This document shows, one piece after another, positions 1-10,004 of a stretch of DNA of 64,000 nucleotides. The number at the start of each line of letters is the position of its first letter. The first letter of the stretch is position 1. Both the position numbers and the translations under genes were made by a program. The stretch is from Bacteroidota bacterium. GTDB lineage: Bacteria; Bacteroidota; Bacteroidia; Chitinophagales; JADIYW01. The notes beneath the pieces were generated by a model that was not told the origin of the DNA, ran no database searches, and saw only the letters and a list, made by a program, of their open reading frames with translations. The stretch is taken from the NCBI GenBank assembly GCA_028288625.1, contig JAQBNI010000150.1, forward strand, positions 1,584-65,583, read 5' to 3'.

Positions 1-18
1 CATTTTAACCATAACATT

Positions 19-201
19 ATGAAACCAAAGAGTACACTTCACTTTTTTGTTATAGGCATCCTTTATCTTTTTTCAAACCTGTTTTTACTTTCAAAACAGA
101 AAGGATTCTCCGGATCTATGATCATCGATTCTACTCCACGCACATATACCTCTTCTGATTTTTTTCTTAATCGTGATAAACTTATCAATCATGAAAATTA
201 A
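19..201 (+). CDS. small hypothetical protein with hydrophobic N-terminus
   Basis: 60-aa ORF with a hydrophobic stretch (HFFVIGILYLFSNLFLL), overlapping the next gene at the head of the T9SS cargo operon; no recognisable family. Confidence 0.35.
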   Translation: MKPKSTLHFFVIGILYLFSNLFLLSKQKGFSGSMIIDSTPRTYTSSDFFLNRDKLINHEN

Positions 202-724
202 AAATTTAAATACTCCATTACACAGTTGCTATAAAAATTATCTGTTGCAAATTGTTACGATGCTTTTTTTATTCATACACTGCACAGCGTTTGGGCAAAG
301 CTCGAAACAAAATTTAAATGCTGCACTAAAAGTTGAGATCTTAATTATAAAAAAGAGTGATGCGCCGCATACCAGCAAAGTTCATGTATACCAGTTGAAA
401 GCTGTAAATACTTCGGTGAAAGATATTTCATTTAGTCTTACCGGTACAAATATTAATTGCGTTGGAAAGAAAAATAGTGGGATGGATATAAAGGTATATC
501 AGGGTAACCCGGAAAATACGGATTTGCTTTCTTCCACTTCGCCAATGATCACAGTGCCTGCAGGTAGTTCGGTAGAATTTTATGTGAAACTCACAAGACC
601 TGCAAATACTTTATTGAATACATGGAATTGCACGGAAGTTAAAGCCATTGGTCAGAATAATTTAATTCTGTCTGAAGGTGCAATTATAGAATCTTTTATT
701 CCTGATCCTGCTGATTTCAGGTAA
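191..724 (+). CDS. exported hypothetical protein (beta-rich, possibly Ig-like)
   Basis: ORF 173..724, ATG at 191 is the more likely start; signal-peptide-like segment ending AFG-Q; beta-strand pattern (ITVPAGSSVEFYVKL) and a Cys pair. Confidence 0.65.
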   Translation: MKIKNLNTPLHSCYKNYLLQIVTMLFLFIHCTAFGQSSKQNLNAALKVEILIIKKSDAPHTSKVHVYQLKAVNTSVKDISFSLTGTNINCVGKKNSGMDIKVYQGNPENTDLLSSTSPMITVPAGSSVEFYVKLTRPANTLLNTWNCTEVKAIGQNNLILSEGAIIESFIPDPADFR

Positions 725-754
725 TGGAAATAACGCTAATGGAAAAATATTTTT

Positions 755-3700
755 ATGGGAAATTTTACAAAACTTATAAGAAGCGGATTATTGCTTGCGG
801 TGATTGCTCTTATACAAACGCCTGCATCAGCACAGCTGCAGGTTGCCTTTGCACCGAGATTTTCTGATGCAGTGTATGGTGATTTCGTAACTATAGGCAA
901 TAATATGTTGTCTACTACGGCTTCGGGCAACTATACGGGAACAGATGGTAATCACAATATCACTTCTGTGTTTGTAGATATAGATGCGGATAATACCACC
1001 TTTAATTCAAGCAGTGCAAATTTGGTGGATCCAATTCCGAATACAAATTGTGTATTCATTAAAAAAGCATATTTATACTGGGCTGCAGCAGATTTTGAAG
1101 AAGCCAATATCGCTAATGAACCTGTATGGAATTATAATGATATAAAACTGATGTTGCCCGGATCTGCCACGTACACTACAATTACAGCAGACAATGTTGT
1201 GTACAGGGGAAGAACGACCCATTTTGTAAATGACCCTTATGTATGTTTTAAAGATATTACTTCTCTCGTACAGGGATTGGGAAGTCCGTATGGAAAATAC
1301 CAGGTCGCAAATGTGCGGACGAAGAAAGGGGATTTAAATCCTGATCATACAGGCAGTAACGTTGGAACATCCGGTGGATGGCAGGTTATTTTTGTTTATG
1401 AAGGAACTAAAGATCCACAAGGGAATGCCATTTTGCCTGCTAAATATATTTCTGTATTTGATGGATATGCAAATGTTACTTCATCACAGAATAATTATAA
1501 CATTACGATTTCCGGTTTTCAGACTCCTCCCGTTGGTAATATTCAGACGAAGATCATGTTTGGCGCCTTGGAAGGAGACCGCGACCTGACCGGTGATCAG
1601 TTCCAGATCAGGAATGTCGCAAATACTTTTGTAGATATGACTACGGGAAGCCTCAGACCTACGACTAATTTTTTTGATAGCAGGATCACGGCGGAAAATA
1701 CGGATTATATAAACAGGAACCCCGCAAGTACAAATACGCTTGGATATGATATCGGTTATTTTACATTGAGCAATCCTGGAAATAGTATTATTACAAATAG
1801 TCAGACTTCTGCTGTTTTCCGCCTTACTTCCAACCAGGAAACTTATGGACTTTACATGGTGGGTTTTTCTACAGATGTATGGGCGCCCGATCTGTCACCG
1901 ATGGTGCAGGTTTCAAGTCCCGGTACTGTTAATCCGGGGGATACCATATCTTATACATTCACTGTAAAAAATAGTGGAAATGATGATGCAAGAAATGTAG
2001 TGATCACGAGGACACTTCCTCCGGAAGTTGATCTGGTACAACCCGTTACACCGCTTCCTGCCGGTGTAACGTATTCTTATAATACAGGTACAAGAGTATT
2101 GTCATTCTTTATTCAGAATGGATTAGTGGATGTAGGAGATGCGGCTATTAATATCTCATATAAAACGGTACTTAAGGATCAGTGCTATTTTTTAGAAACT
2201 GCATGTCCTGCAAATATTAATGCACAAATATTGGCTACTTATACAGGCGTTCAGAATCCGAATACGCAAACTACGCTGAGTTCAAATGGGCTTACCGCTT
2301 GCGGCTTAGGAAATGATAAGCCGAATGTTACAACTGTAAATTCGCCATCTGCTGCCGGTTGGGCAACAAATGCAGGTGCATTGAATCGCACCGTTAATTG
2401 TAACGATGCGCCGGGTTTAGCTGCAGCAGAAGCGTTATTTCCGGCAACAACAAAATGTAATTTCACTTTAAATAAAGTAACAGGTTCTTTTGCGGCGATT
2501 GCCAATTCATGTCCTGTTATTGGAACATATACCAATACGTGGACCTTTACAGATAAATGCGGAAGAACAAGCCCGGTATTCACACAAATAATTACCGTTC
2601 AGGATACGACAAAGCCTGTATTTACAAGTCAACTGCCTGCTAATGCAATAGTCAATTGTAATGCAGTGCCGACAGCTCCTACGCTTACAGCTTCAGATAA
2701 TTGCACGACGGGTACAGTTACATTTAACGAAGTTCGTACAAATGGTAATTGCGTAAACAATTACGTTTTATCGAGAACATGGATTGCCAAGGATGCATGC
2801 AACAACAGCATATCATATACGCAAACTTTAACGGTACAGGATACAACACGCCCTGTATTTGTTCAGTCACTTCCGGTGAATGCGGTCATATGCGGGAATC
2901 CCGCTCCGGCTCCGACTCTTACAGCAACTGATAATTGCGGACAGGCAACGGTTGTATTTACTGAATTGATAGATTCTGTTTCTGTTCCGGGTGTAAAAAC
3001 TTACACACGCAAATGGACAGCCACTGATGTATGTAATAACAGTACAATCTATACACAAACAATTACATCAAATGCAATTAAGGTGACAACACAAAATCCT
3101 GTGATCTGTCAGGGGCAAAGTGTAACCGTCGGAAATCACACGTATACAACATCGGGAACATTTAAAGATACTTTGCAAACAAGTAAGGGTTGCGATAGTA
3201 TTGTAACTACGAATCTTACGGTAAATCCTGTGAAGACGACAACGCAAAGTCCGGTGATCTGCCAGGGACAAAGTGTAACGGTAGGCAATCATACTTATAC
3301 AACATCAGGAACATTTAAAGATACGTTGCAAACGAGTAAGGGATGTGATAGTATCATTACTACAAATCTTACAGTGAATCCTGCAATCGCAACAACACAA
3401 AATCCTGTGGTTTGCCAGGGGCAAAGTGTAACCGTCGGAAATAATATTTATACATCATCAGGAACATTTAAAGATACTTTACAAACAAGTAAAGGATGTG
3501 ATAGCGTCGTTACCACAAATCTTACGGTGAATCCTGCAATCGCAACAACACAAAATCCTGTGATCTGCCAGGGAGAAAGTGTAACTGTCGGGAATCATAT
3601 TTATACATCATCAGGAACTTTTAAAGATACTTTACAAACAAGTAAGGGATGCGATAGTATTATAACTACGAATCTTACGGTGAATCCTGTAAAGACGACA

Positions 3701-6700
3701 ACGCAAAGTCCTGTAATTTGCCAGGGAGAAAATGTAACAGTCGGAATCCATACTTATAGTTCCTCAGGAACATTTAAAGATACACTACAAACAAGTAAGG
3801 GTTGCGATAGTATCGTTACTACAAATCTTACCGTAAATCCTGTGAAGACAACAACACAAAGTCCGGTGATCTGCCAGGGAGAAAGCGTAACGGTTGGGAA
3901 TCATACTTATACTTCATCAGGAACATTTAAAGATACTTTACAAACAAGTAAGGGATGCGATAGTATCGTTACTACAAATCTTACAGTGAATTCTGTGAAG
4001 ACGACAACGCAAAGTCCGGTGATCTGCCAGGGACAAAGTGTAACCGTCGGAAATCATACTTATACAACATCAGGGACTTTTAAAGATACTTTGCAAACAA
4101 GCAAGGGTTGCGATAGTATTGTTACTACGAATCTAACAGTGAATTCAGTGATCACAACAACACAAAATCCTGTGCTCTGCCAGGGGCAAAGTGTAACAGT
4201 GGGGAATCATACTTATACTTCATCAGGAACATTCACAGACACTCTGCAAACTTCTAAAGGCTGCGATAGTATCGTTACTACAAATCTTACCGTAAATCCT
4301 GTGAAGACCACAACGCAAAGTCCTGTAATATGCCAGGGTGAAAGTGTAATTGTAGGTAATCACATTTACACATCATCCGGAACTTTTAAAGACACTCTGC
4401 AAACTTCTAAAGGATGCGATAGTATAGTTACCACAAACCTTACCGTAAATCCTGTGAAGACTACAACGCAAAGTCCTGTAATATGCCAGGGTGAAACTGT
4501 AACTGTCGGAGATCACACCTATACATCCGCGGGAACATTTAAAGATACTTTACAAACTAGCAAGGGCTGCGATAGTATCGTTACTACAAATCTTATCGTA
4601 AATCCTGTGAAGACTACAACTCAAAGCCCTGTAATCTGTCAAGATGAAAGTGTAACTGTCGGAAATCACAATTATACTTCATCAGGAACATTCACAGACA
4701 CTCTACAAACAAGCAAGGGTTGTGACAGTGTCGTTACCACAAACCTTACAGTAAATCCTGTAAAGACCACAACACTAAATCCTGTGATTTGCCAGGGTGG
4801 TCATGTAACGGTTGGAAACCATACATACTCAACAACAGGAATATTCAAAGATACCTTACAAACGAGCAAGGGTTGCGATAGCATTATCACTACCAACCTC
4901 ACAGTAAATCCAAATACACAATTTATACAAGCACCGCATATTTGTCAGGGAGAAAGTATTACAGTAGGCACGATCATTCACAATCAAAGCGGCATCTATA
5001 TAGATACCATTCGAAACAGTAAGGGTTGTGATAGTATAGTGTTTACAAAACTTACGGTTGACTCTGTCAAAACCGTAACGCAAAATCTTCAGATCTGCCA
5101 GGGAGAAAGTATAACTGTAGGCAGTCATACCTATTCAACTACCGGAACATTTACAGATACATTACAAACGAACAGGAGTTGCGATAGTATTATCACAACT
5201 CATCTTACGGTAAACCCTTTGAAAGCGACAACACAGAATCCGGTGATCTGTCAGGGCGAAAGTGTAACCGTTGGGAATCACATTTATACTTCTTCAGGAA
5301 CATTCACAGACACTCTGCAAACGTCTAAAGGCTGCGACAGTAGCGTTACCACTCATCTTACCGTAAATCCCGTGAAGACGACAACACAAAATCCGGTGAT
5401 CTGCCAGGGAGCAAGCGTAATTGTTGGAAATCATAATTATACTTCTTCGGGAACATTCTCAGACACGCTGCAAACATCCAAAGGCTGCGACAGTATTGTT
5501 ACAACAAATCTTACCGTAAATCCTGTGAAGACATCAACACAAGATCCTGTGATCTGTCCGGGTGAAACTGTAACTATCGGAAATCACACGCATTCATCTG
5601 CGGGAACATTTAAAGATACTTTACAAACGAGCAAGGGTTGCGATAGTATCGTCACCACAAATCTTACGGTAAATCCTGTGAAGACATCAACACAAAATCC
5701 TGTGCTCTGCCAGGGACAAAGTGTAACTGTCGGAAATCATACATATAATTCATCCGGAACATTTACTGACACGCTGCAAACGAGCCAGGGATGTGATAGT
5801 ATCGTCACTACTAATCTTATGGTAAATCCTGTGAAAACATCAACACAAGATCCGGTGATCTGCCAAGGTGAAAGTGTAACTGTCGGAAATCATACATATA
5901 CTTCATCCGGAACATTCACAGACATTCTGCAAACAAGCAAGGGTTGCGATAGTACGGTTACAACAAATCTTACCGTAAATCCTGTGAAGGCAACAACACA
6001 AAATCCTGTGATCTGCCAGGGTGGAAGTGTAACTGTTGGAAATCATACATACACTTCATCCGGAACATTTACAGACATTCTACAAACAAGCAAGGGTTGC
6101 GATAGTACGGTTACAACAAATCTTACCGTAAATCCTGTGAAGACGACGACACAAAATCGTGTGATCTGCCAGGGAGAAACTGTAACTGTTGGAAATCACA
6201 CATACTCTTCGTCAGGAACATTTACAGATACTTTGCGAACCAGCAAGGGATGTGATAGCATTGTTACCACAAATATTTCTGTAGATCCGTTTAAGACAAC
6301 AACTCAGGATCCGGTAATTTGCCAGGGAGAAAGTGCAACTGTCGGAAATCATATTTATGCATCTTCAGGAACATTCATAGATACTTTACAAACGAGTAAG
6401 GGTTGTGATAGTATCGTTACTACAAATCTTACAGTGAATCCTGTGAAATCAACTTCACAAAGTCCGGTCATTTGCCAGGGCACAAGTATAATAGTCGGAA
6501 ATCATACGTACACCTTATCAGGAACATTTACGGATACTTTGCAAACAAGCAAGGGATGTGATAGTATCGTAACTACAAACCTTACAGTAAATCCTGTGAA
6601 GACGATTACACAAAATCCTGTAATTTGTCAGGGCGCAAGTATTACCGTAGGAAATCACACTTACACATCATCAGGAACATTCACAGATACTTTACAAACC

Positions 6701-8992
6701 AGCAAGGGATGCGATAGTATTATTACAACAAACCTTACAGTGAATCCGGTGATCTCCAACACACAAAACCATGCTTTATGCCAGGGTGAAAGTGTAACCG
6801 TTGGGAATCATATTTACAATTCTGCCGGTACATTCCACGACACGCTTCAAACACGAAACGGATGTGACAGCATCATAATTACAATTATTACAATCAATCC
6901 TGTAAAGACAACAACACAGAATCCTGTGATCTGTCAGGGAGAAAGTATTACTGTCGGAAATCATAATTATACTTCATCAGGAATTTTTATAGATACGCTT
7001 CAAACGATCTCAGGCTGCGATAGTATTATTACTACAAGCCTTACAGTAAATCCTGTTAAGCGCACTGCACAAAGCCTTGTTATTTGCCAGGGCGAAAATG
7101 TGACGGTTGGAAATGCAGTTCATAGCCAAACAGGAAATTATATTGATACGCTGAATACAAGTTCAGGATGCGATAGTATTGTTTCTACAAACCTAACCGT
7201 AAATCCTGTGAAGGCAACTTCACAAAGTCACGTCATTTGTGGAGGTGAAAGTATCAGTGTTGGGAATATAATTCACAATCAAACAGGGATATATAGAGAT
7301 ACGCTGCAAACCAGCAAGGGCTGTGATAGTATCATTACAACGGACCTTACGGTAAATCCGGTTAAAATGATCACACAAAGCTTTATCATTTGTCAGGGTG
7401 AAACGGTGATAGTTGGAAATAATATTCATTCGCAAACTGGAACATATGTTGATACACTGCAGACAAGTTTAGGCTGTGATAGTATTGTAACAACAAACAT
7501 TAATGTGAATGCAGTGAAAACAACAGCGCAGAGCTTTGTGCTTTGTTCACGCGAAAGTTTAACTGTTGGAAATATAGTTCATAACCAGACAGGAATATAT
7601 ATTGATACTTTACAAACCATCAGCGGTTGTGATAGTATCGTAACTACTGATCTTTTTGTTCGTGACGCTAATGAAACCAGACAAAGTTTTGTAGTGTGTG
7701 ACGGAGAAAGTATTCTTGTCGGAAGCATACTTCATAACCTTACAGGAAATTATATCGATACGCTTCAATCGTTTACAGGTTGTGATAGTGTTTGTATGAC
7801 AAACCTTTTGGTGAATGACAGGCATGCTGTTTCACAAAGCTTTTCACTTTGCAACGGTTCCAGCATTTTAGTCGGAAATATTATTCATGATCAGACAGGA
7901 ATATATATAGATACTTTAAAAAATATCAGGGGTTGCGATAGTATTATTACCACTGACCTTTTGATCAAACCTGTAAATATGGTTGATGTGCGCGCGTTTA
8001 TTTGTATTGACGATACAGGTTCCGGATCATTTGTCACTGTTGGCAACCAGACATTCAGTATTCCCGGAAGTTACCAGGTTACACTTCAAAATGTTTCCGG
8101 TTGCGATAGCGTAATAAATTTAGATCTGATTGGAAGGCTATGCGTTACTCAACCGGGATTGATCGATACGATAAGAGATACCGTGAGTGTGCGTATGATG
8201 GATACGGTTTGTTTAGGATTGATGCCATCATTTGACGCCACAGTTACCGCGTGCGATGGAAGTACATCAGGAACAGAAGTGCATGGTACCTGGACAATCT
8301 CTACAACTCTGCCGCATTGTTTATTGTATCACGCAGATTCGATTTTAGGAAGCGATATACTATGCCTCGTAGCCTGTGATTCTGTTGGAATAATTTATGT
8401 ATGTGATAGTTCTATCGTGATCATCACAGTCATAGATTCCTTGCCGGTTGCAGAAGATGAATGCGTGGAAACAGATAAGGATACACCTATCCCGATATCT
8501 GTTTTACGAAACGACCGGGATCCGGATTTCGACAGGTTATATATTGATGGCATTGTGCAGCAACCATTATTTGGTACGGCACAAATCGATCCGGTTACAC
8601 AAACGATTACCTATACACCAAATAAAAATTTCTGTGGAGCAGATACATTCTATTACGAAGTGTGTGATCATGTTTCGGGTTGTGATGTCGGTAAAGTATG
8701 TATCAATGTCAGGTGTAAATGTCAGCTGCCTCAGGTGATCACGCCGAACAATGACGGGTTCAACGATGTACTTATGATCCCTTGTATCAATAACGTTAAC
8801 AATTCACATATAGTAGTGTGGAATCGTTGGGGATTATTGGTTTTTGAAAATGATAATTACAAGAATGACTGGGATGGGAAATATAACGGCGATTATTTGC
8901 CGCCGGGTACGTACTGGTACGCTGTTGATTTTAAAGATCCGGAAACACAGGAGCAAATCAACGAAGCAAATTATTTAATGATCATTAGGTAA
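755..8992 (+). CDS. giant T9SS type-B cargo / SprB-like surface adhesin (DUF11, HYR-like domains, 33 x 51-aa repeats, Ig-like domain, gliding-motility-associated CTD)
   Basis: Signal peptide (ASA-Q); DUF11-like motif (PGDTISYTFTVKNSG); HYR-like units (QDTTKPVF...TASDNC); C-terminal type-B CTD (PQVITPNNDGFND...WNRWG...WDG...LPPGTYWY); directly followed by porP/sprF. Confidence 0.9.
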   Translation: MGNFTKLIRSGLLLAVIALIQTPASAQLQVAFAPRFSDAVYGDFVTIGNNMLSTTASGNYTGTDGNHNITSVFVDIDADNTTFNSSSANLVDPIPNTNCVFIKKAYLYWAAADFEEANIANEPVWNYNDIKLMLPGSATYTTITADNVVYRGRTTHFVNDPYVCFKDITSLVQGLGSPYGKYQVANVRTKKGDLNPDHTGSNVGTSGGWQVIFVYEGTKDPQGNAILPAKYISVFDGYANVTSSQNNYNITISGFQTPPVGNIQTKIMFGALEGDRDLTGDQFQIRNVANTFVDMTTGSLRPTTNFFDSRITAENTDYINRNPASTNTLGYDIGYFTLSNPGNSIITNSQTSAVFRLTSNQETYGLYMVGFSTDVWAPDLSPMVQVSSPGTVNPGDTISYTFTVKNSGNDDARNVVITRTLPPEVDLVQPVTPLPAGVTYSYNTGTRVLSFFIQNGLVDVGDAAINISYKTVLKDQCYFLETACPANINAQILATYTGVQNPNTQTTLSSNGLTACGLGNDKPNVTTVNSPSAAGWATNAGALNRTVNCNDAPGLAAAEALFPATTKCNFTLNKVTGSFAAIANSCPVIGTYTNTWTFTDKCGRTSPVFTQIITVQDTTKPVFTSQLPANAIVNCNAVPTAPTLTASDNCTTGTVTFNEVRTNGNCVNNYVLSRTWIAKDACNNSISYTQTLTVQDTTRPVFVQSLPVNAVICGNPAPAPTLTATDNCGQATVVFTELIDSVSVPGVKTYTRKWTATDVCNNSTIYTQTITSNAIKVTTQNPVICQGQSVTVGNHTYTTSGTFKDTLQTSKGCDSIVTTNLTVNPVKTTTQSPVICQGQSVTVGNHTYTTSGTFKDTLQTSKGCDSIITTNLTVNPAIATTQNPVVCQGQSVTVGNNIYTSSGTFKDTLQTSKGCDSVVTTNLTVNPAIATTQNPVICQGESVTVGNHIYTSSGTFKDTLQTSKGCDSIITTNLTVNPVKTTTQSPVICQGENVTVGIHTYSSSGTFKDTLQTSKGCDSIVTTNLTVNPVKTTTQSPVICQGESVTVGNHTYTSSGTFKDTLQTSKGCDSIVTTNLTVNSVKTTTQSPVICQGQSVTVGNHTYTTSGTFKDTLQTSKGCDSIVTTNLTVNSVITTTQNPVLCQGQSVTVGNHTYTSSGTFTDTLQTSKGCDSIVTTNLTVNPVKTTTQSPVICQGESVIVGNHIYTSSGTFKDTLQTSKGCDSIVTTNLTVNPVKTTTQSPVICQGETVTVGDHTYTSAGTFKDTLQTSKGCDSIVTTNLIVNPVKTTTQSPVICQDESVTVGNHNYTSSGTFTDTLQTSKGCDSVVTTNLTVNPVKTTTLNPVICQGGHVTVGNHTYSTTGIFKDTLQTSKGCDSIITTNLTVNPNTQFIQAPHICQGESITVGTIIHNQSGIYIDTIRNSKGCDSIVFTKLTVDSVKTVTQNLQICQGESITVGSHTYSTTGTFTDTLQTNRSCDSIITTHLTVNPLKATTQNPVICQGESVTVGNHIYTSSGTFTDTLQTSKGCDSSVTTHLTVNPVKTTTQNPVICQGASVIVGNHNYTSSGTFSDTLQTSKGCDSIVTTNLTVNPVKTSTQDPVICPGETVTIGNHTHSSAGTFKDTLQTSKGCDSIVTTNLTVNPVKTSTQNPVLCQGQSVTVGNHTYNSSGTFTDTLQTSQGCDSIVTTNLMVNPVKTSTQDPVICQGESVTVGNHTYTSSGTFTDILQTSKGCDSTVTTNLTVNPVKATTQNPVICQGGSVTVGNHTYTSSGTFTDILQTSKGCDSTVTTNLTVNPVKTTTQNRVICQGETVTVGNHTYSSSGTFTDTLRTSKGCDSIVTTNISVDPFKTTTQDPVICQGESATVGNHIYASSGTFIDTLQTSKGCDSIVTTNLTVNPVKSTSQSPVICQGTSIIVGNHTYTLSGTFTDTLQTSKGCDSIVTTNLTVNPVKTITQNPVICQGASITVGNHTYTSSGTFTDTLQTSKGCDSIITTNLTVNPVISNTQNHALCQGESVTVGNHIYNSAGTFHDTLQTRNGCDSIIITIITINPVKTTTQNPVICQGESITVGNHNYTSSGIFIDTLQTISGCDSIITTSLTVNPVKRTAQSLVICQGENVTVGNAVHSQTGNYIDTLNTSSGCDSIVSTNLTVNPVKATSQSHVICGGESISVGNIIHNQTGIYRDTLQTSKGCDSIITTDLTVNPVKMITQSFIICQGETVIVGNNIHSQTGTYVDTLQTSLGCDSIVTTNINVNAVKTTAQSFVLCSRESLTVGNIVHNQTGIYIDTLQTISGCDSIVTTDLFVRDANETRQSFVVCDGESILVGSILHNLTGNYIDTLQSFTGCDSVCMTNLLVNDRHAVSQSFSLCNGSSILVGNIIHDQTGIYIDTLKNIRGCDSIITTDLLIKPVNMVDVRAFICIDDTGSGSFVTVGNQTFSIPGSYQVTLQNVSGCDSVINLDLIGRLCVTQPGLIDTIRDTVSVRMMDTVCLGLMPSFDATVTACDGSTSGTEVHGTWTISTTLPHCLLYHADSILGSDILCLVACDSVGIIYVCDSSIVIITVIDSLPVAEDECVETDKDTPIPISVLRNDRDPDFDRLYIDGIVQQPLFGTAQIDPVTQTITYTPNKNFCGADTFYYEVCDHVSGCDVGKVCINVRCKCQLPQVITPNNDGFNDVLMIPCINNVNNSHIVVWNRWGLLVFENDNYKNDWDGKYNGDYLPPGTYWYAVDFKDPETQEQINEANYLMIIR
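3071..8133 (+). repeat. intragenic tandem array of 33 x ~153-bp (51-aa) repeats
   Basis: Consensus PVKTTTQxPVICQGESVTVGNHTYTSSGTFxDTLQTSKGCDSIVTTNLTVN, counted 33 times in the translation; boundaries approximate. Confidence 0.92.
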
Positions 8993-9011
8993 CCATTGAA
9001 AAAACACGATT

Positions 9012-9986
9012 ATGAAAAATATAATTAAACACATGTGCTTCTTTACCCTGCTGTTTTCAGTGACGGCAGCAATAGCACAACAGGAACCATTAAACACCAT
9101 GTTTGCATACAATAAGCTGCAAACGAATCCTGCATATACAGGAGCAAAGGATATGGTGAGCATTCGTGCTGTATACCGTCATCAGTGGTCAGGTTTACCC
9201 GGCGCGCCGCAAACTATTAATGTAAATATTCATGCGCCATTAAAAAATGAACGCATTGCACTTGGGCTTTCAGTTTTAAATGATAGGCTCGGTGTTACCA
9301 ACCAGACATGGCTCATGGCTTCGTATGCTTACCGGATCCCTTTTAAGAATGATACCAAATTAAGCTTTGGGATAAGTGCAGGAATGCTGATCTATAAAAC
9401 GAACATCACTTCATTGGATGCGATAGATCCATCAGATCCGTTATTGCAAAATAATCTTAAGGGTATAAATCCGAACCTTGGCGCAGGTATATATTATTAC
9501 GGTCAGAAATTTTATGTAGGCGTTTCCATGCCGAATGTGCTGCCATTAAATTATATACATCACAAAGATGACAACAGTGTGCCAAACCGCTTTAAGCAGG
9601 TGCCGCATATATTTATTATGGGAGGTTATACTTTTGAAATGGGCAAGAAGAAAAATTTCTGGATACAGCCGCAGGTATTATTAAAATACATTACAAGTAC
9701 ACGGTACAAGATACCTTTTGAAATAGATGCGAATTTGACCTTTACATTATATAAGATCGCAAATATCGGGTTGACTTACCGTTCCGGTTTAGCAGATAAA
9801 TTTGACAACAGGGAAAGTATTGATGCGATGTGCATGTTCACGATCCCGAAAGGATTTTCTGTGGCTTATTCCTATGACATCACTATTTCAAAAGTAAAAG
9901 CTTACGAAAATGGTACGCATGAAATAATGCTTGGGTATGATTTTGATCTGCGCAAAAAAGGAACGCGAACTCCAAGATACTTTTAA
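9012..9986 (+). CDS. type IX secretion system membrane protein, PorP/SprF family
   Basis: AQQEP...NPAYTG...YRHQWSG..GAPQT motif, C-terminal GTHEIMLGY...PRYF; canonical position after a type-B CTD gene. Confidence 0.92.
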   Translation: MKNIIKHMCFFTLLFSVTAAIAQQEPLNTMFAYNKLQTNPAYTGAKDMVSIRAVYRHQWSGLPGAPQTINVNIHAPLKNERIALGLSVLNDRLGVTNQTWLMASYAYRIPFKNDTKLSFGISAGMLIYKTNITSLDAIDPSDPLLQNNLKGINPNLGAGIYYYGQKFYVGVSMPNVLPLNYIHHKDDNSVPNRFKQVPHIFIMGGYTFEMGKKKNFWIQPQVLLKYITSTRYKIPFEIDANLTFTLYKIANIGLTYRSGLADKFDNRESIDAMCMFTIPKGFSVAYSYDITISKVKAYENGTHEIMLGYDFDLRKKGTRTPRYF

Positions 9987-10004
9987 TACAAAAGGTGAAT
10001 CGTT

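Noticed and set aside
3071-8133. Long regular repeat array as a possible CRISPR
   Set aside because: The 153-bp period is in frame within one ORF, varies mainly at synonymous sites, and has no unique spacers or cas genes
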